Origin: an uncultured Microthrixaceae bacterium | GTDB taxonomy: Bacteria > Actinomycetota > Acidimicrobiia > Acidimicrobiales > VFJN01 | Assembly (NCBI GenBank): GCA_963846555.1 | Contig: CAWJWI010000004.1 | Location: 1,534,142-1,598,141, forward strand | Direction of reading: 5' to 3' | DNA length: 64,000 bases | In this document: in pieces, positions 10,327 through 20,628 of the stretch | Numbering within the stretch: position 1 is the first letter of the stretch | Layout of the letters: each line of letters starts with the position of its first letter | Made by a program: the position numbers and the translations under genes | The notes under the pieces: generated by a model | Seen by the model: the letters and a program-made list of their open reading frames with translations, nothing else | Told to the model about the DNA's origin: nothing | Database searches by the model: none

Positions 10327-10830
10327 ATGGCAGACGGCACCTTCATCGGGACCCACGAGCACGGGCTCGACGAGAAGGGCCGCATGGTCCTGCCGGCCAA
10401 GATCCGGGCCAACCTCGGCGAGACCGGTGTCATCGCCAAGCTCGACGGCTGCCTCGGGCTGTGGACCCACCAGGGCTTCCTCGACGTGGCGGCCGTCTTC
10501 GAGGACGCCGTCGAGGACGCCGAGAGCGACGACGACCGGGAAGAGGCCCTCGACGCCATGCGCCAGTTCGTGGGCGACGCGGTCGAGATCACCCCCGACC
10601 AGCAGGGTCGCATCGTCATCAACTCCACGCTGCGCGACTACGCCCACCTCGGCTCGGAGGTGGTCATCAAGGGCCTGATCCGCCGCGCGGAGATCTGGGA
10701 CCGAGCCGCATGGCTGGCCAAGGCCGAGCGCGGCGACACGGCCGTCAAGAAGAAGGTGCGCCAGTACGGGATCACCGGTCGGCGCACCCCCCGAACCACG
10801 GACTCGGCCCCCTCGGCCGTCCCCCGTTGA
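10327..10830 (+). CDS. mraZ: Division/cell wall cluster transcriptional repressor MraZ
   Basis: FIGTHEHGLDEKGRMVLPAK, PDQQGRIVI, EIWD; first gene of the dcw cluster. Confidence 0.95.
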   Translation: MADGTFIGTHEHGLDEKGRMVLPAKIRANLGETGVIAKLDGCLGLWTHQGFLDVAAVFEDAVEDAESDDDREEALDAMRQFVGDAVEITPDQQGRIVINSTLRDYAHLGSEVVIKGLIRRAEIWDRAAWLAKAERGDTAVKKKVRQYGITGRRTPRTTDSAPSAVPR

Positions 10831-10900
10831 TCGATCCCACCCACCCACGAGAGAGGAGCGAGACGACAACCGAAGACGTGCGAGGGGCGTCGCTCCCCTC

Positions 10901-11002
10901 CAGCCCCCCGGGCAGCGCGATGGAAGGCCCCTTCTCCGCCCGCTTCCCATCGAGCTCGTACCGGGGAGACATCCCGGCGAGCGCCAGCTCTCCGGGGGGC
11001 TG
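10901..11002 (+). ncRNA. Structured cis-RNA before rsmH resembling the actinobacterial mraW RNA motif
   Basis: Closing stem CAGCCCCCCGG (10901-10911)/CCGGGGGGCTG (10992-11002); inner hairpin CGATGGAAG...CTTCCCATCG around CCTTCTCC; second inner hairpin 10954-10982. Confidence 0.6.
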
Positions 11003-11005
11003 CAG

Positions 11006-11986
11006 GTGAGCGACGCCGGGTCAGGCGGGCGCGACGGGTTCCGGCACCAGCCGGTGCTCCTGGAGCGGATCGTCGAGCTGTTCGCCCCGGTGCCACCCGG
11101 ATGGGTGGTCGATGCCACCGTCGGTGGTGCGGGACACGCCAGCGCCCTGCTCGAGCACCACCCGCACCTCCGGGTGCTGGGCCTCGATCAGGACACCCAA
11201 GCCCTCGAGGCTGCGGCCGAACGGCTCCGACCCTTCGGAGACCGAGTCCGCCTCCACCACGTCCGGTTCGACGCCTTGGACCACACCGTGCAGCAGCTGA
11301 GGACGACACCGGTGAGCGGAGTGCTCTTCGACCTGGGGGTGAGCTCCCCCAGCTCGATCGAGCCGAGCGCGGCTTCAGCTATCGGCACGAGGCGCCCCTC
11401 GACATGCGCATGGACCAGGCGCAGGCCGGCTCCGCCGCCGATGTCGTCAACGACACCGACGAGGCCCAGCTGGCCGAGATCCTCCACGTCTATGGAGACG
11501 AGCGCTTCGCCCGGCGCATCGCCAAGGCCGTGGTCGCCGCTCGCCCGGTCGCCACCACCACCGAGCTGGCCGAGATCGTCGCGCGACGCCATCCCCGCAC
11601 CGGCCCGCCGCACGGGCGGCCATCCCGCCAAGCGCACGTTCCAGGCGATCCGCATCGCCGTGAACGCCGAGCTCGACATCCTTCCCGGGGCGATCGACAG
11701 CGCCCTCGACGTGCTCGCCCCCGGGGGGCGCTGCGCAGTGCTGTCGTACCACTCCGGCGAGGACCGCATCGTGAAGGCCCGTCTCCGCCATGCCGCCACC
11801 GGCGGCTGGACCGGGCCCTCGCACCTACCTCCGCCCAGCGGCGTCCACCCCACGATCCGGCTCCTCAAGGCCGGATCGTGGAAGCCGTCGCTGGCGGAGT
11901 CCACCGACAACCCCAGGGCCTCGAGCGCCCGCCTCCGGGCCGCCGAGAAGCTCGACCCGCCCCCGACCCCGGAAGACAACCAGTGA
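11006..11986 (+). CDS. rsmH: 16S rRNA m4C1402 methyltransferase (internal compensating frameshifts)
   Basis: [29 protein letters not shown] and [11 protein letters not shown] (alternate frame), [39 protein letters not shown]. Confidence 0.95.
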   Translation: MSDAGSGGRDGFRHQPVLLERIVELFAPVPPGWVVDATVGGAGHASALLEHHPHLRVLGLDQDTQALEAAAERLRPFGDRVRLHHVRFDALDHTVQQLRTTPVSGVLFDLGVSSPSSIEPSAASAIGTRRPSTCAWTRRRPAPPPMSSTTPTRPSWPRSSTSMETSASPGASPRPWSPLARSPPPPSWPRSSRDAIPAPARRTGGHPAKRTFQAIRIAVNAELDILPGAIDSALDVLAPGGRCAVLSYHSGEDRIVKARLRHAATGGWTGPSHLPPPSGVHPTIRLLKAGSWKPSLAESTDNPRASSARLRAAEKLDPPPTPEDNQ

Positions 11987-12504
11987 GCATCGTCGAAGCC
12001 CCGCTCAGCGCAGCGGCCCCGGTCCGGCGCCCCAGCCCGCGGCCCATGCCCCTCCCGGCCCCCGAGGTCCGGCCCCGTCACCTCCGGGTCGTGCCGGCCA
12101 CGGCCCGCGTCCGCCGCCGCCTCACCCCTGCCACGGGCGTGCTCCTCACGGTGGGCCTGTTCGTCACCCTGTTCCTCGTGGCCATAGCGCACACCGTGCT
12201 GGTGCAAGGCCAGATCCGGCTCGACGGCCTCGACGCCCAGCTCACCACCGAGCAGGCGCGCTACCAGGAGCTGCGGACCGAGGTGGCCGAGATGGAGTCG
12301 CCCGCCCGCGTGGTCTCGGCCGCCGAGGCGCTCGGCATGGTGGCCCCCCAGGACCTCGTCTACCTCCAGCCGGGTGCAGCCGACCCCCGGCCCGCGGAGC
12401 CCGCCGCCTCGTCGTCGGACGAACCGGCTGGCGCCGAGACGGTGGCCGGATCGGACAGCACATGGGCAGCCATGAAGCCGCTGCTCGAGACCACCGCCCC
12501 ATGA
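11983..12504 (+). CDS. ftsL: FtsL-like cell division protein
   Basis: Lies between rsmH and ftsI with GTGA/ATGA overlaps; basic N-terminus, one TM helix, coiled coil ending [14 protein letters not shown]...AEALGMV. Confidence 0.75.
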   Translation: MSIVEAPLSAAAPVRRPSPRPMPLPAPEVRPRHLRVVPATARVRRRLTPATGVLLTVGLFVTLFLVAIAHTVLVQGQIRLDGLDAQLTTEQARYQELRTEVAEMESPARVVSAAEALGMVAPQDLVYLQPGAADPRPAEPAASSSDEPAGAETVAGSDSTWAAMKPLLETTAP

Positions 12505-14510
12505 CACCCGTCGGGCCCCACCGGGCCCCGCCTCGCCGGCGTCGCCCGGCCGACCCCCGCCCCGCCCCCCGCTCGCGGGGCGGGATCGCGCCGGACCGCC
12601 GACCGCAGACCGCCCGCCCCCGTCGGCAGCCGACCCCGGTCCGCCCTTCCTCGGGGCGTCGGCGCGGCGGCCGACCGCGCTTGCGGCTGGCGGCCACCCT
12701 CGTCGTGCTCCTCGTGGGCTTCGGCGCCATCGTCGTCCGCCTCGTCGACGTGCAGGTCGTCGGGGGCCAGGAGTACGCGGCCTTCGGTGTCTCGCAGCGC
12801 TTCCAGGAGATCGACCTCCCCGCGGATCGAGGCTCGATCTTCGATCGCAACGGGAACGACCTCGCCGTCAGCATCCCGCAGCGCACGGTCTGGGCCGACC
12901 CTCGGCTCGTCGAGGACCCGACCGCCGCTGCTCAGGCCCTCACCCCGCTCCTCGGCCTCGACGCGGACGGCACCCTGGCCCTGGCCACGCGGCTCGGCCG
13001 CGACGCCAAGTTCACCTACGTCGCCCGGCGCGTCGACGACGAGGTGGCCTCGGCCATCGAGGACCTCGAGCTGCCCGGCCTGTTCTTCCTCGACGAGCCG
13101 GAGCGCTTCAAGCCGGCGGGCGAGCTCGGCCGGTCCGTGCTCGGCGAGGTGGGCATCGACAACGAGGGGCTCTCCGGTCTCGAGCTCCAGTTCGACGAGC
13201 TGCTCACTGGTGACCCCGGCGAGCTCATCATCGAGAAGGACCCCGACGGCCGCACGATCCCCGGCGGCGAGCGCGAGCTGGAGCCGGCCCACCGGGGCGA
13301 CGACCTCGTCCTCTCCCTCGACCGCTCGATGCAGTACGAGACCGAGCGCGCGCTCGGCGCCCAGATCCAGGCCAAGGGGGCCAAGGGCGGCATCGCCATC
13401 GTGTCCCGTCCCGGCACCGGAGAGATCCTGGCCCTGGCCAACCTCGGCACCGACCCGGACACCGGAGAGCTCGTGGCCATCGGCAACAACATGGCGGCCA
13501 CCGCCGTGTTCGAGCCGGGGTCGGTCAACAAGGTGATCACCGTGGCAGCGGCCATGGAGGAGGGGCTCGTGTCTCCCTCCACAGAGCTCGTCGTGCCCGA
13601 CCACCGGCAGGTCAGCGACCACCTCTACACAGACCACGACCCGCACCCGACCGAGAGCTACTCCGTCACCCGCATCCTCACCGAGTCCTCGAACGTGGGC
13701 ACGATCATGCTCGCCGACATGCTGGGGAAGAAGCGCTTCGACGGCTACCTCCGCAAGTTCGGGTTCGGCACGAAGACCGCGCTCGGCTTCCCCAACGAGG
13801 CGGCTGGCATCCTCCTCGAACCCGAGGACTACAACGGCACGTCGATGGGATCCATCCCCATCGGGCAGGGCATCGCCGTGACCGCGCTCCAGATGCTCCA
13901 GGCCTACAACGTGCTCGCCAACGACGGCGTCTACGTGCCCCCGAAGCTCGTGCTCGAGACAGTGGACCGCAGCGGCACCAGCCACGCCGTCGACGCCGGT
14001 GAGCCCCGACGGGTCGTGTCCGAGGCCACCGCCGCCCGCATGCGCGACATGCTGGCCAACGTGGTCGCAGAGGGCACCGGCACCCGAGGCGGGATCACCG
14101 GCTACACGGTGGCCGGCAAGACCGGCACGGCCCGCAAGCCCCTCGCCACGGGGGGCTACGAGGACGCATCTGGCTACCACTACGTCGCCACCTTCGCCGG
14201 GTTCGTGCCCGCCGAGCGCCCTGAGCTGTCGATCATCGTCGTGATCGACGAGCCCTCGGGAGACATCTTCGGTGGCACCGTCGCCGCGCCGGTCTTCGCT
14301 GACCTGGCTCAGTACGGGCTGCGCCTCTTCCGCATCCCGCCGCCGCTCGTCACCCGCGGACCTGCGCCGGACACGGCCCTCGCCGAGGCCGTGGCCGCCG
14401 ACCCGAGCGCGGGCCGAGAGCCCGAGAGGCGCCGGGCCGCACCGGCCACCTCCACCACCTCGACGTCGACGACACGGCCACCAGCGACCACGTCGACGAC
14501 GGGCCGGTGA
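12501..14510 (+). CDS. ftsI: Class B penicillin-binding protein (PBP3)
   Basis: [23 protein letters not shown] (SxxK), SSNVG (SxN), GKTGTA (KTG). Confidence 0.93.
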   Translation: MTPVGPHRAPPRRRRPADPRPAPRSRGGIAPDRRPQTARPRRQPTPVRPSSGRRRGGRPRLRLAATLVVLLVGFGAIVVRLVDVQVVGGQEYAAFGVSQRFQEIDLPADRGSIFDRNGNDLAVSIPQRTVWADPRLVEDPTAAAQALTPLLGLDADGTLALATRLGRDAKFTYVARRVDDEVASAIEDLELPGLFFLDEPERFKPAGELGRSVLGEVGIDNEGLSGLELQFDELLTGDPGELIIEKDPDGRTIPGGERELEPAHRGDDLVLSLDRSMQYETERALGAQIQAKGAKGGIAIVSRPGTGEILALANLGTDPDTGELVAIGNNMAATAVFEPGSVNKVITVAAAMEEGLVSPSTELVVPDHRQVSDHLYTDHDPHPTESYSVTRILTESSNVGTIMLADMLGKKRFDGYLRKFGFGTKTALGFPNEAAGILLEPEDYNGTSMGSIPIGQGIAVTALQMLQAYNVLANDGVYVPPKLVLETVDRSGTSHAVDAGEPRRVVSEATAARMRDMLANVVAEGTGTRGGITGYTVAGKTGTARKPLATGGYEDASGYHYVATFAGFVPAERPELSIIVVIDEPSGDIFGGTVAAPVFADLAQYGLRLFRIPPPLVTRGPAPDTALAEAVAADPSAGREPERRRAAPATSTTSTSTTRPPATTSTTGR

Positions 14511-14513
14511 CCC

Positions 14514-15937
14514 GTGCGGCTCGACGCCCTGCTCGACCGCGTCTCTGACGAGGCGCCGATGCTCGTTCCCGAGGGGGCGGGCGAGGTCGAGGTCAACACC
14601 GTGGTCCACGACACCCGCGCCGTCCGCCCCGGTGCCCTCTTCTGCTGCGTCCCCGGCTCCCACGTCGACGGCCACGACCTGGCAGCCGACGCGGTGGCCG
14701 CAGGGGCCACCGCGCTGCTGGTGGAGCGCGCCGTCGGTGCAGGCGTTCCCGAGCTGCGGGTGCCGTCGGTCCGGGCCGCACTGGGTCCGGTGGCCGCTGC
14801 CTTCTGGGACCATCCGTCCACTGCCATGCGGGTCGTGGGCGTCACGGGCACCAGCGGGCAAGACCACCACCACCCACCTCCTGGGCGCCGTGACCGAGGC
14901 CGCCGGATGGCCCACCGCGGTCATCGGAACGCTGACCGGACCTCGCACCACGCCTGAGGCTCCTGAGCTGCAGGCCCTCTTGGCCGGGGAGCGAGATGCC
15001 GGTCGGGCCGCGATCGCCATGGAGGTCTCGTCCCACGCTCTGGCGCTGGGCCGGGTTCGGGCCACCCGCTTCGCCGTGGCCGTCTTCACCAACCTGTCCC
15101 ACGACCACCTCGACTTCCACCGCGACCTCGACGACTACTTCGAGGCCAAGGCCCAGCTCTTCACGCCGGGCTACTCAGACGCCGCGGTCGTGAACCTCGA
15201 CGACGAGCGCGGCCGCGCTCTCGCCGGGCGCGGCTTGATCCCGACGGCGGGCTACTCGCTCGAGGACGCCGTCGATCTGGTGGTGGGCTCGACGACGAGC
15301 CGGTTCCGATGGCGAGGGGTCGACATCGAGCTCCCTCTGGGCGGACGGTTCAACGTCAGCAACGCGCTCGCCGCGGCCACCGCAGCGGCTCACCTCGGCG
15401 TCGATCCGGAGACCGTGGCCGCCGGGCTCCGCTCGGCGTCTCCCGTGCCGGGGAGGTTCGAACCCGTCGACGAAGGGCAACCGTTCGCGGTGCTCGTCGA
15501 CTTCGCCCACAAGCCCGGAGCCCTGGCCGGGGCGCTCGAGGCGGCACGCGACGCGGCGGACGGCGGACGAGTCATCCTCGTCGTCGGCGCGGGCGGCGAC
15601 CGTGACCCGAGCAAGCGACCCGAGATGGGGGAGGTGGCGGCCCGCCTGGCCGACCGTGTCTTCCTCACCTCGGACAACCCCAGGAACGAGGATCCGCTGG
15701 CCATCATCGAGGCCATCCGAGGCGGCATCGCGCGACCAGTCGACCACGACGGTCGAGCCGGACCGGACGACCGCGATAGCCCTCGCCATCGGCGATGCTG
15801 TCCGGGGCGATGTCGTGGTGCTCGCGGGAAAGGGACATGAGGCCGTGCAGATCGTGGGAGAGCGCACCGTGCCGTTCGACGACCGCGAGGTCGCCCGGCA
15901 GGCCCTGCGGGCCCGGCGGGACGGTCGCGGGTGGTAG
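14514..15937 (+). CDS. murE: UDP-MurNAc-tripeptide ligase (2 apparent indels)
   Basis: GVTGTSG/KTTT, TTPEA, MEVSSHAL, FTNLSHDHLDFH, GRFE, VDFAH, SDNPRNED (DNPR indicates a diaminopimelate-adding enzyme), LAGKGHE. Confidence 0.93.
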
Positions 15938-16965
15938 CCCTCCTCCTCGCCGCGGGCTTGGCGGGCCTCGCGTCGATCGTGGGCACGAAGCTGCTCATCG
16001 ACTGGCTGGTGGCCCGGAACGTGGGGCAGCCCATCCACGAGGACGTGCCCGAGGGGCACACGATCAAGGCCGGTACGCCCCCCATGGGCGGCCTCGCCAT
16101 CGTGGGCGCCTGCGTCGTCGGGTACCTGGCCGCCCACGTGCGCAGCGGCCTCGTCTTCACGCGGACGGGCGTGCTCGTGATGTCCTGCATCGTGGGCGCG
16201 GGGCTCGTCGGTCTCCTCGACGACTGGATCAAGGTCCGCGACGAGCGCAACCTCGGCTTGAGCAAGCGGGCCAAGACGGCCGGCCTGCTCGTGGTAGCCG
16301 TCGCCTTCTCGGTGGCCACCGTGCTCTGGACCGACGTGGAGACCACGCTGTCGTTCACGCGTTGGAACACCCCGGGCTGGGAGCTGGGCGACGTCGGCTG
16401 GTGCGTGTGGGCCGTGCTGCTGATCTATGCCACGACGAACGGGGTCAACCTGAGCGACGGCCTCGACGGCCTCGCGGCCGGGTCGGCCATCTTCGCCTTC
16501 TCCTTCCTGGTCGTCGTGGGCTTCTGGGCCCTGCGCCACTTCGACACGTACCAGATCAACCACGCCCTCGACCTGGCCGTGGTGGCCGCCGCCATGATGG
16601 GCGCCTGCGCCGGGTTCCTGTGGTGGAACGCGGCGCCCGCCCGCATATTCATGGGGGACACAGGTGCCCTCGCCATCGGCGCCGGGGTGGCCGCGCTCGT
16701 CCTCACGCTCAACGTGCAGCTCCTGCTGCCCGTCTTCGGCGCCCTGTACGTGGCCGAGTCCCTGTCGGTGATCCTGCAGGTCGGCAGCTTCCGGATCTTC
16801 AAGCGGCGCATCTTCCGCATGGCGCCCATCCACCACCACTTCGAGCTCGGAGGCTGGCCCGAGACCACGATCATCATCCGCTTCTGGCTCCTCGCCGGTG
16901 CCACCGCGGCCCTCGCCCTCGGCCTCTTCTACGCCGACTTCATCGGCACCGGCGGGCTGGATTGA
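15931..16965 (+). CDS. mraY: Phospho-N-acetylmuramoyl-pentapeptide transferase
   Basis: KAGTPPMGG, LLDDW, NGVNLSDGLDGL, IFMGDTG, MAPIHHHFE. Confidence 0.97.
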   Translation: MVALLLAAGLAGLASIVGTKLLIDWLVARNVGQPIHEDVPEGHTIKAGTPPMGGLAIVGACVVGYLAAHVRSGLVFTRTGVLVMSCIVGAGLVGLLDDWIKVRDERNLGLSKRAKTAGLLVVAVAFSVATVLWTDVETTLSFTRWNTPGWELGDVGWCVWAVLLIYATTNGVNLSDGLDGLAAGSAIFAFSFLVVVGFWALRHFDTYQINHALDLAVVAAAMMGACAGFLWWNAAPARIFMGDTGALAIGAGVAALVLTLNVQLLLPVFGALYVAESLSVILQVGSFRIFKRRIFRMAPIHHHFELGGWPETTIIIRFWLLAGATAALALGLFYADFIGTGGLD

Positions 16966-18296
16966 CGACGACCCACCTCGTGCTCGGGCTGGGCGTGACG
17001 GGTCGCGCCGTGCTCCGGGCCCTCGCCTCCCACGGCGAGACGGCCGTCGCAATCGATGACAAGCCATCCGCCGCCGGCCGAGCCCTGGCCGAGGAGCTGG
17101 GCGTCGAGCTGGTCGAGGCCCCCGACCCCAGCAGCCTGGCCGCCCTCGTCCGAGGGGCCGGCGCGGTCGTCCCGAGCCCCGGCGTGCCCGACCATCACCC
17201 CGTGTTCGCAGCCGCGGCGGCCGCCGGCGTGCCGATCCTGTCGGAGTTCGACCTGGCCGGGCAGTGGGACTCCCGGCCCCACGTGGCCATCACGGGCACG
17301 AACGGCAAGACCACCGTCACCGAGCTGACCAGGTCCATGCTCGAGGCCTCTGGGCGACGGGCCGTCGCCGTGGGCAACACCGAGGTGCCCCTCGTGGCGG
17401 CCATCGAGGACCCGTCGGTGGACGTGTTCGTCGTCGAGGCGTCGTCGTTCCGACTGCTCCACTCCAGCCGCTACGCGCCGGCGGTGGGAGTCTGGCTGAA
17501 CCTGGCCCCGGACCACCTCGACAACCACGCGTCGATCGAGGCCTACACCGCGGCCAAGGCGCGACTGTGGGCGGACCAGGAGCCCTCCCAGGTCGCGATC
17601 GGCAACGCAGACGACCCCGTCGTCGCGGCCCACCTCGCGGCCGCCCCGGCCCGCCACGTCACCTTTGGCGTGGATGCCCCGGCCGAGCACCACGTCGCCG
17701 GCGATCGCCTGGTGCTGGCCGACGGCACCACCCTGGCCACGGTCGACGAGCTGCACCGGGCCTTTCCGCACGACCTGGCCAACGCCCTCGCCTCGGCCGC
17801 GGGCACGGTCGAGGGTGGTGGCACGGCCGAGGGCGCGCGCGCTGCGCTGCTCGGGTTCCGGGGGCTCCCCCACCGGGTGGCGCTGGTCGGCGAGGCTGGA
17901 GGGGTGCGCTGGTTCGACGACTCCAAGGCCACGGCCCCGCACGCCACCCTGGCCGCGCTGCGCGGCTTCGACTCGGTCGTGCTCATCGCGGGCGGGCGGA
18001 ACAAGGGCCTCGACCTGAGCGAGCTGGCCGGGGCGACCGACCGCATCCGGGCTGTGGTGGCCATCGGCGAGGCAGCCGAAGACGTCGCCGCCGCGTTCGA
18101 CGGCCGCCTCCCAGTTCGCACGGCCGAATCGATGGACGCGGCTGTGGACGCAGCTGGAGCGCTGGCCCAGCCCGGCGATGCCGTGCTCCTCTCCCCGGCC
18201 TGCGCGTCCTTCGACTGGTACGGCTCCTACGCCGAGCGAGGCGATGACTTCGTGCGGGCCGTGCGGTCCCATCTGGCGGCAGGGTCCCGGGCATGA
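16962..18296 (+). CDS. murD: UDP-MurNAc-L-Ala--D-Glu ligase
   Basis: TTG start overlapping the mraY stop; GLGVTG, SPGV, ITGTNGKTT, EASSF, NLAPDHLD, DDSKAT, LLSPACASFD. Confidence 0.95.
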   Translation: MTTTHLVLGLGVTGRAVLRALASHGETAVAIDDKPSAAGRALAEELGVELVEAPDPSSLAALVRGAGAVVPSPGVPDHHPVFAAAAAAGVPILSEFDLAGQWDSRPHVAITGTNGKTTVTELTRSMLEASGRRAVAVGNTEVPLVAAIEDPSVDVFVVEASSFRLLHSSRYAPAVGVWLNLAPDHLDNHASIEAYTAAKARLWADQEPSQVAIGNADDPVVAAHLAAAPARHVTFGVDAPAEHHVAGDRLVLADGTTLATVDELHRAFPHDLANALASAAGTVEGGGTAEGARAALLGFRGLPHRVALVGEAGGVRWFDDSKATAPHATLAALRGFDSVVLIAGGRNKGLDLSELAGATDRIRAVVAIGEAAEDVAAAFDGRLPVRTAESMDAAVDAAGALAQPGDAVLLSPACASFDWYGSYAERGDDFVRAVRSHLAAGSRA

Positions 18297-19510
18297 GCCG
18301 CGACGACTCCGACGACCTCTGGGCGTCGCGGCGCCGCCACCCCACGGCCCAGCCCGTGGCCCCTCCCCGACGCTCGCGCACGTTCGTCGGCCTGCTGGCG
18401 GTCGTCGCCATCCTCAACCTGGTCGGCCTCGTGATGGTGCTCTCGGCGTCGTCGGTGAGCGCCCTCGACGACTACGGCTCCACCTGGTACGTCGCCATGC
18501 GCCAGGCCGCCTGGCTCTCCATCGGAGCGGTCCTGTGCGTGATCGTCATGCGCATCGACTACCACCGGTGGCGCCGCTGGGCCACGCCGGTGCTCGCCGG
18601 GTCCGTCCTGCTGCTCATGCTCGTGCTCGTCCCGGGCGTGGGGATGAACGTCAACGGCGCCTCCCGCTGGCTGGGCTACGGGCCTCTGTCGCTGCAGCCC
18701 TCGGAGCTGGCGAAGCTCGCCGTGCTGCTCTTCGTCGCTGACCTGCTCGCCCGCAGGGCCGCGTGGATCGGCGACATCCGCCTCACCCTCGTGCCGGCCA
18801 CGATCGTGCTCGGCGGCATCTCCGTGCTCCTGATGCTCCAGCCCAACCTGGGCACCACCCTCGTGATGGGGTCCATCGTCATCACGGTCCTGTACGTCGC
18901 CGGCACCCCCGTGCTGCCCCTCGCCGCGCTCAGCACGCTGGGCGGCCTGGTGGCCCTCGCCCTCGCCCTCGCCGCGCCCTACCGACGGGCCCGCGTCCTG
19001 GCCTTCCTCGACCCGTGGGCGGACTACCAGGACACCGGCTACCAGAACATCCAGTCGCTGGTCGGCATCGCCTCGGGGGGCCTGACCGGCACCGGCCTGG
19101 GTCAGAGCCGGGCCAAGTGGGGGTTCCTGCCCTACGCCCACACGGACTTCATCTTCGCCATCATCGGCGAGGAGCTGGGCCTGGTCGGAGCGCTCGTCGT
19201 CGTCGGCCTCTTCGTGGCCATCTGCGTGCTCGGCGCCCGAGCCGCCCTCCTGGCCCCGGACCGGTTCGGCATGCTCATCGCGGCCGGTGTCACGGTGTGG
19301 TTCGGCGTGCAGGCCTTCGTGAACATCGGCGCCGTCATCGGCATCCTGCCCATCACCGGCGTGCCCCTGCCCTTCGTCTCCTACGGCGGTTCGTCCCTCG
19401 TGTTCAGCATGATCGGTGCCGGCCTGCTGCTGAACGTGGCCCGCCAGGGTCAGCGCTCCGCCGCCCTTCGCCGCGCCCCCGCCCGGCGGGCCGAGCTCGC
19501 CCGAAGTTGA
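18293..19510 (+). CDS. ftsW: SEDS peptidoglycan polymerase FtsW
   Basis: NGASRW, QPSELAK, QPNLGT, LPYAHTDFIFAIIGEELG, PITGVPLPFVSYGGSS. Confidence 0.96.
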   Translation: MSRDDSDDLWASRRRHPTAQPVAPPRRSRTFVGLLAVVAILNLVGLVMVLSASSVSALDDYGSTWYVAMRQAAWLSIGAVLCVIVMRIDYHRWRRWATPVLAGSVLLLMLVLVPGVGMNVNGASRWLGYGPLSLQPSELAKLAVLLFVADLLARRAAWIGDIRLTLVPATIVLGGISVLLMLQPNLGTTLVMGSIVITVLYVAGTPVLPLAALSTLGGLVALALALAAPYRRARVLAFLDPWADYQDTGYQNIQSLVGIASGGLTGTGLGQSRAKWGFLPYAHTDFIFAIIGEELGLVGALVVVGLFVAICVLGARAALLAPDRFGMLIAAGVTVWFGVQAFVNIGAVIGILPITGVPLPFVSYGGSSLVFSMIGAGLLLNVARQGQRSAALRRAPARRAELARS

Positions 19511-20628
19511 ACGCTCCCGCCGACCACACCTTCGCCATCGTCACCGGAGGAGGCACAGCAGGTCACGTCCTGCCTGCCCTGGCCATCGCCGACGCCCTCG
19601 TGGCCGCCGGCCACCCCCGCTCATCGGTGCACTACGCCGGCAGCGAGCGGGGCATCGAGGCTCGACTCGTCCCGCCCACGGGCTACCCGATGACCCTCCT
19701 GCCCGGGCGCGGCATCCAACGCCGCATGACGGCAGCCAACGTGGGCGCAGTCTGGGGGCTGCTCATCGCCGCCGTGCGGGCCGTGCGGCTCGTCGGCCGG
19801 CTCCGACCGTCGGTGGTCGTGGCCGTCGGCGGCTACGCCAGCGTGGCGGTGGGCCTGGCCGCCGTGGTCCGTCGCGTGCCCCTCGTGGTGGCGGAGCAGA
19901 ACGCCGCACCCGGGGCAGCCAACCGCCTCCTGGCCCGGTTCGCCAAGCACTGCGCCGTCAGCTTCGAAGGCACGCCGCTGCCCAATGCCGTGGTGACCGG
20001 CAACCCCATCCGGCCGGACATCGTGGCCATCGACCCCAAGCGGGACCGAGCTGCGGCCCGCAGGGCCCGAGATGTGGGGGAGGGGCGCTACCTCCTCCTC
20101 GTGTTCGGCGGTTCCCTCGGAGCTCTCCGCATCAACCAGGCCGTGCTCGCCGCGCTGCCCGCCTGGCGGGGACGCAACGACCTGACGGTGCACCACGTGA
20201 TCGGGAACCGCGACTGGGACGTCGTGGCCGCCGCGGCTCCGGACGACACGGGGAGCCTCGAGTACCGACCCATCCGCTACGAGGACGACATGCCCGCGGC
20301 CCTCGCCGCCGCCGACCTCGCCGTCTGCCGGTCGGGCTCGAGCACCTGCTTCGAGCTGGCCGCAGTCGGGCTGCCCTCGGTGCTCGTCCCGTCGCCGCAC
20401 GTGACCGCCGACCAGCAGACGCAGAACGCCCGCCGCCTGGTGGAGGCCGGAGCGGCCGTGCTCGTGCCCGACGCCGAGCTCGACGGCCCCCGACTGGTGG
20501 CTGAGGTGGACGCCCTCCTGCGCGACGAGCGGCGGCGCCAGTCGATGGCTGCCGCGGCCCGGGCCTGGGCGCGACCCGACGCGGCGGGCGCCATCGCCGC
20601 CCTCGTCGAGGCGGCCGCCCATGGCTGA
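19507..20628 (+). CDS. murG: Lipid II GlcNAc transferase
   Basis: TTG start overlapping the ftsW stop; GGGTAGH, GGYAS, EQN, TGNPIR, GGSLGA, RSGSST, DQQTQNA. Confidence 0.95.
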   Translation: MNAPADHTFAIVTGGGTAGHVLPALAIADALVAAGHPRSSVHYAGSERGIEARLVPPTGYPMTLLPGRGIQRRMTAANVGAVWGLLIAAVRAVRLVGRLRPSVVVAVGGYASVAVGLAAVVRRVPLVVAEQNAAPGAANRLLARFAKHCAVSFEGTPLPNAVVTGNPIRPDIVAIDPKRDRAAARRARDVGEGRYLLLVFGGSLGALRINQAVLAALPAWRGRNDLTVHHVIGNRDWDVVAAAAPDDTGSLEYRPIRYEDDMPAALAAADLAVCRSGSSTCFELAAVGLPSVLVPSPHVTADQQTQNARRLVEAGAAVLVPDAELDGPRLVAEVDALLRDERRRQSMAAAARAWARPDAAGAIAALVEAAAHG

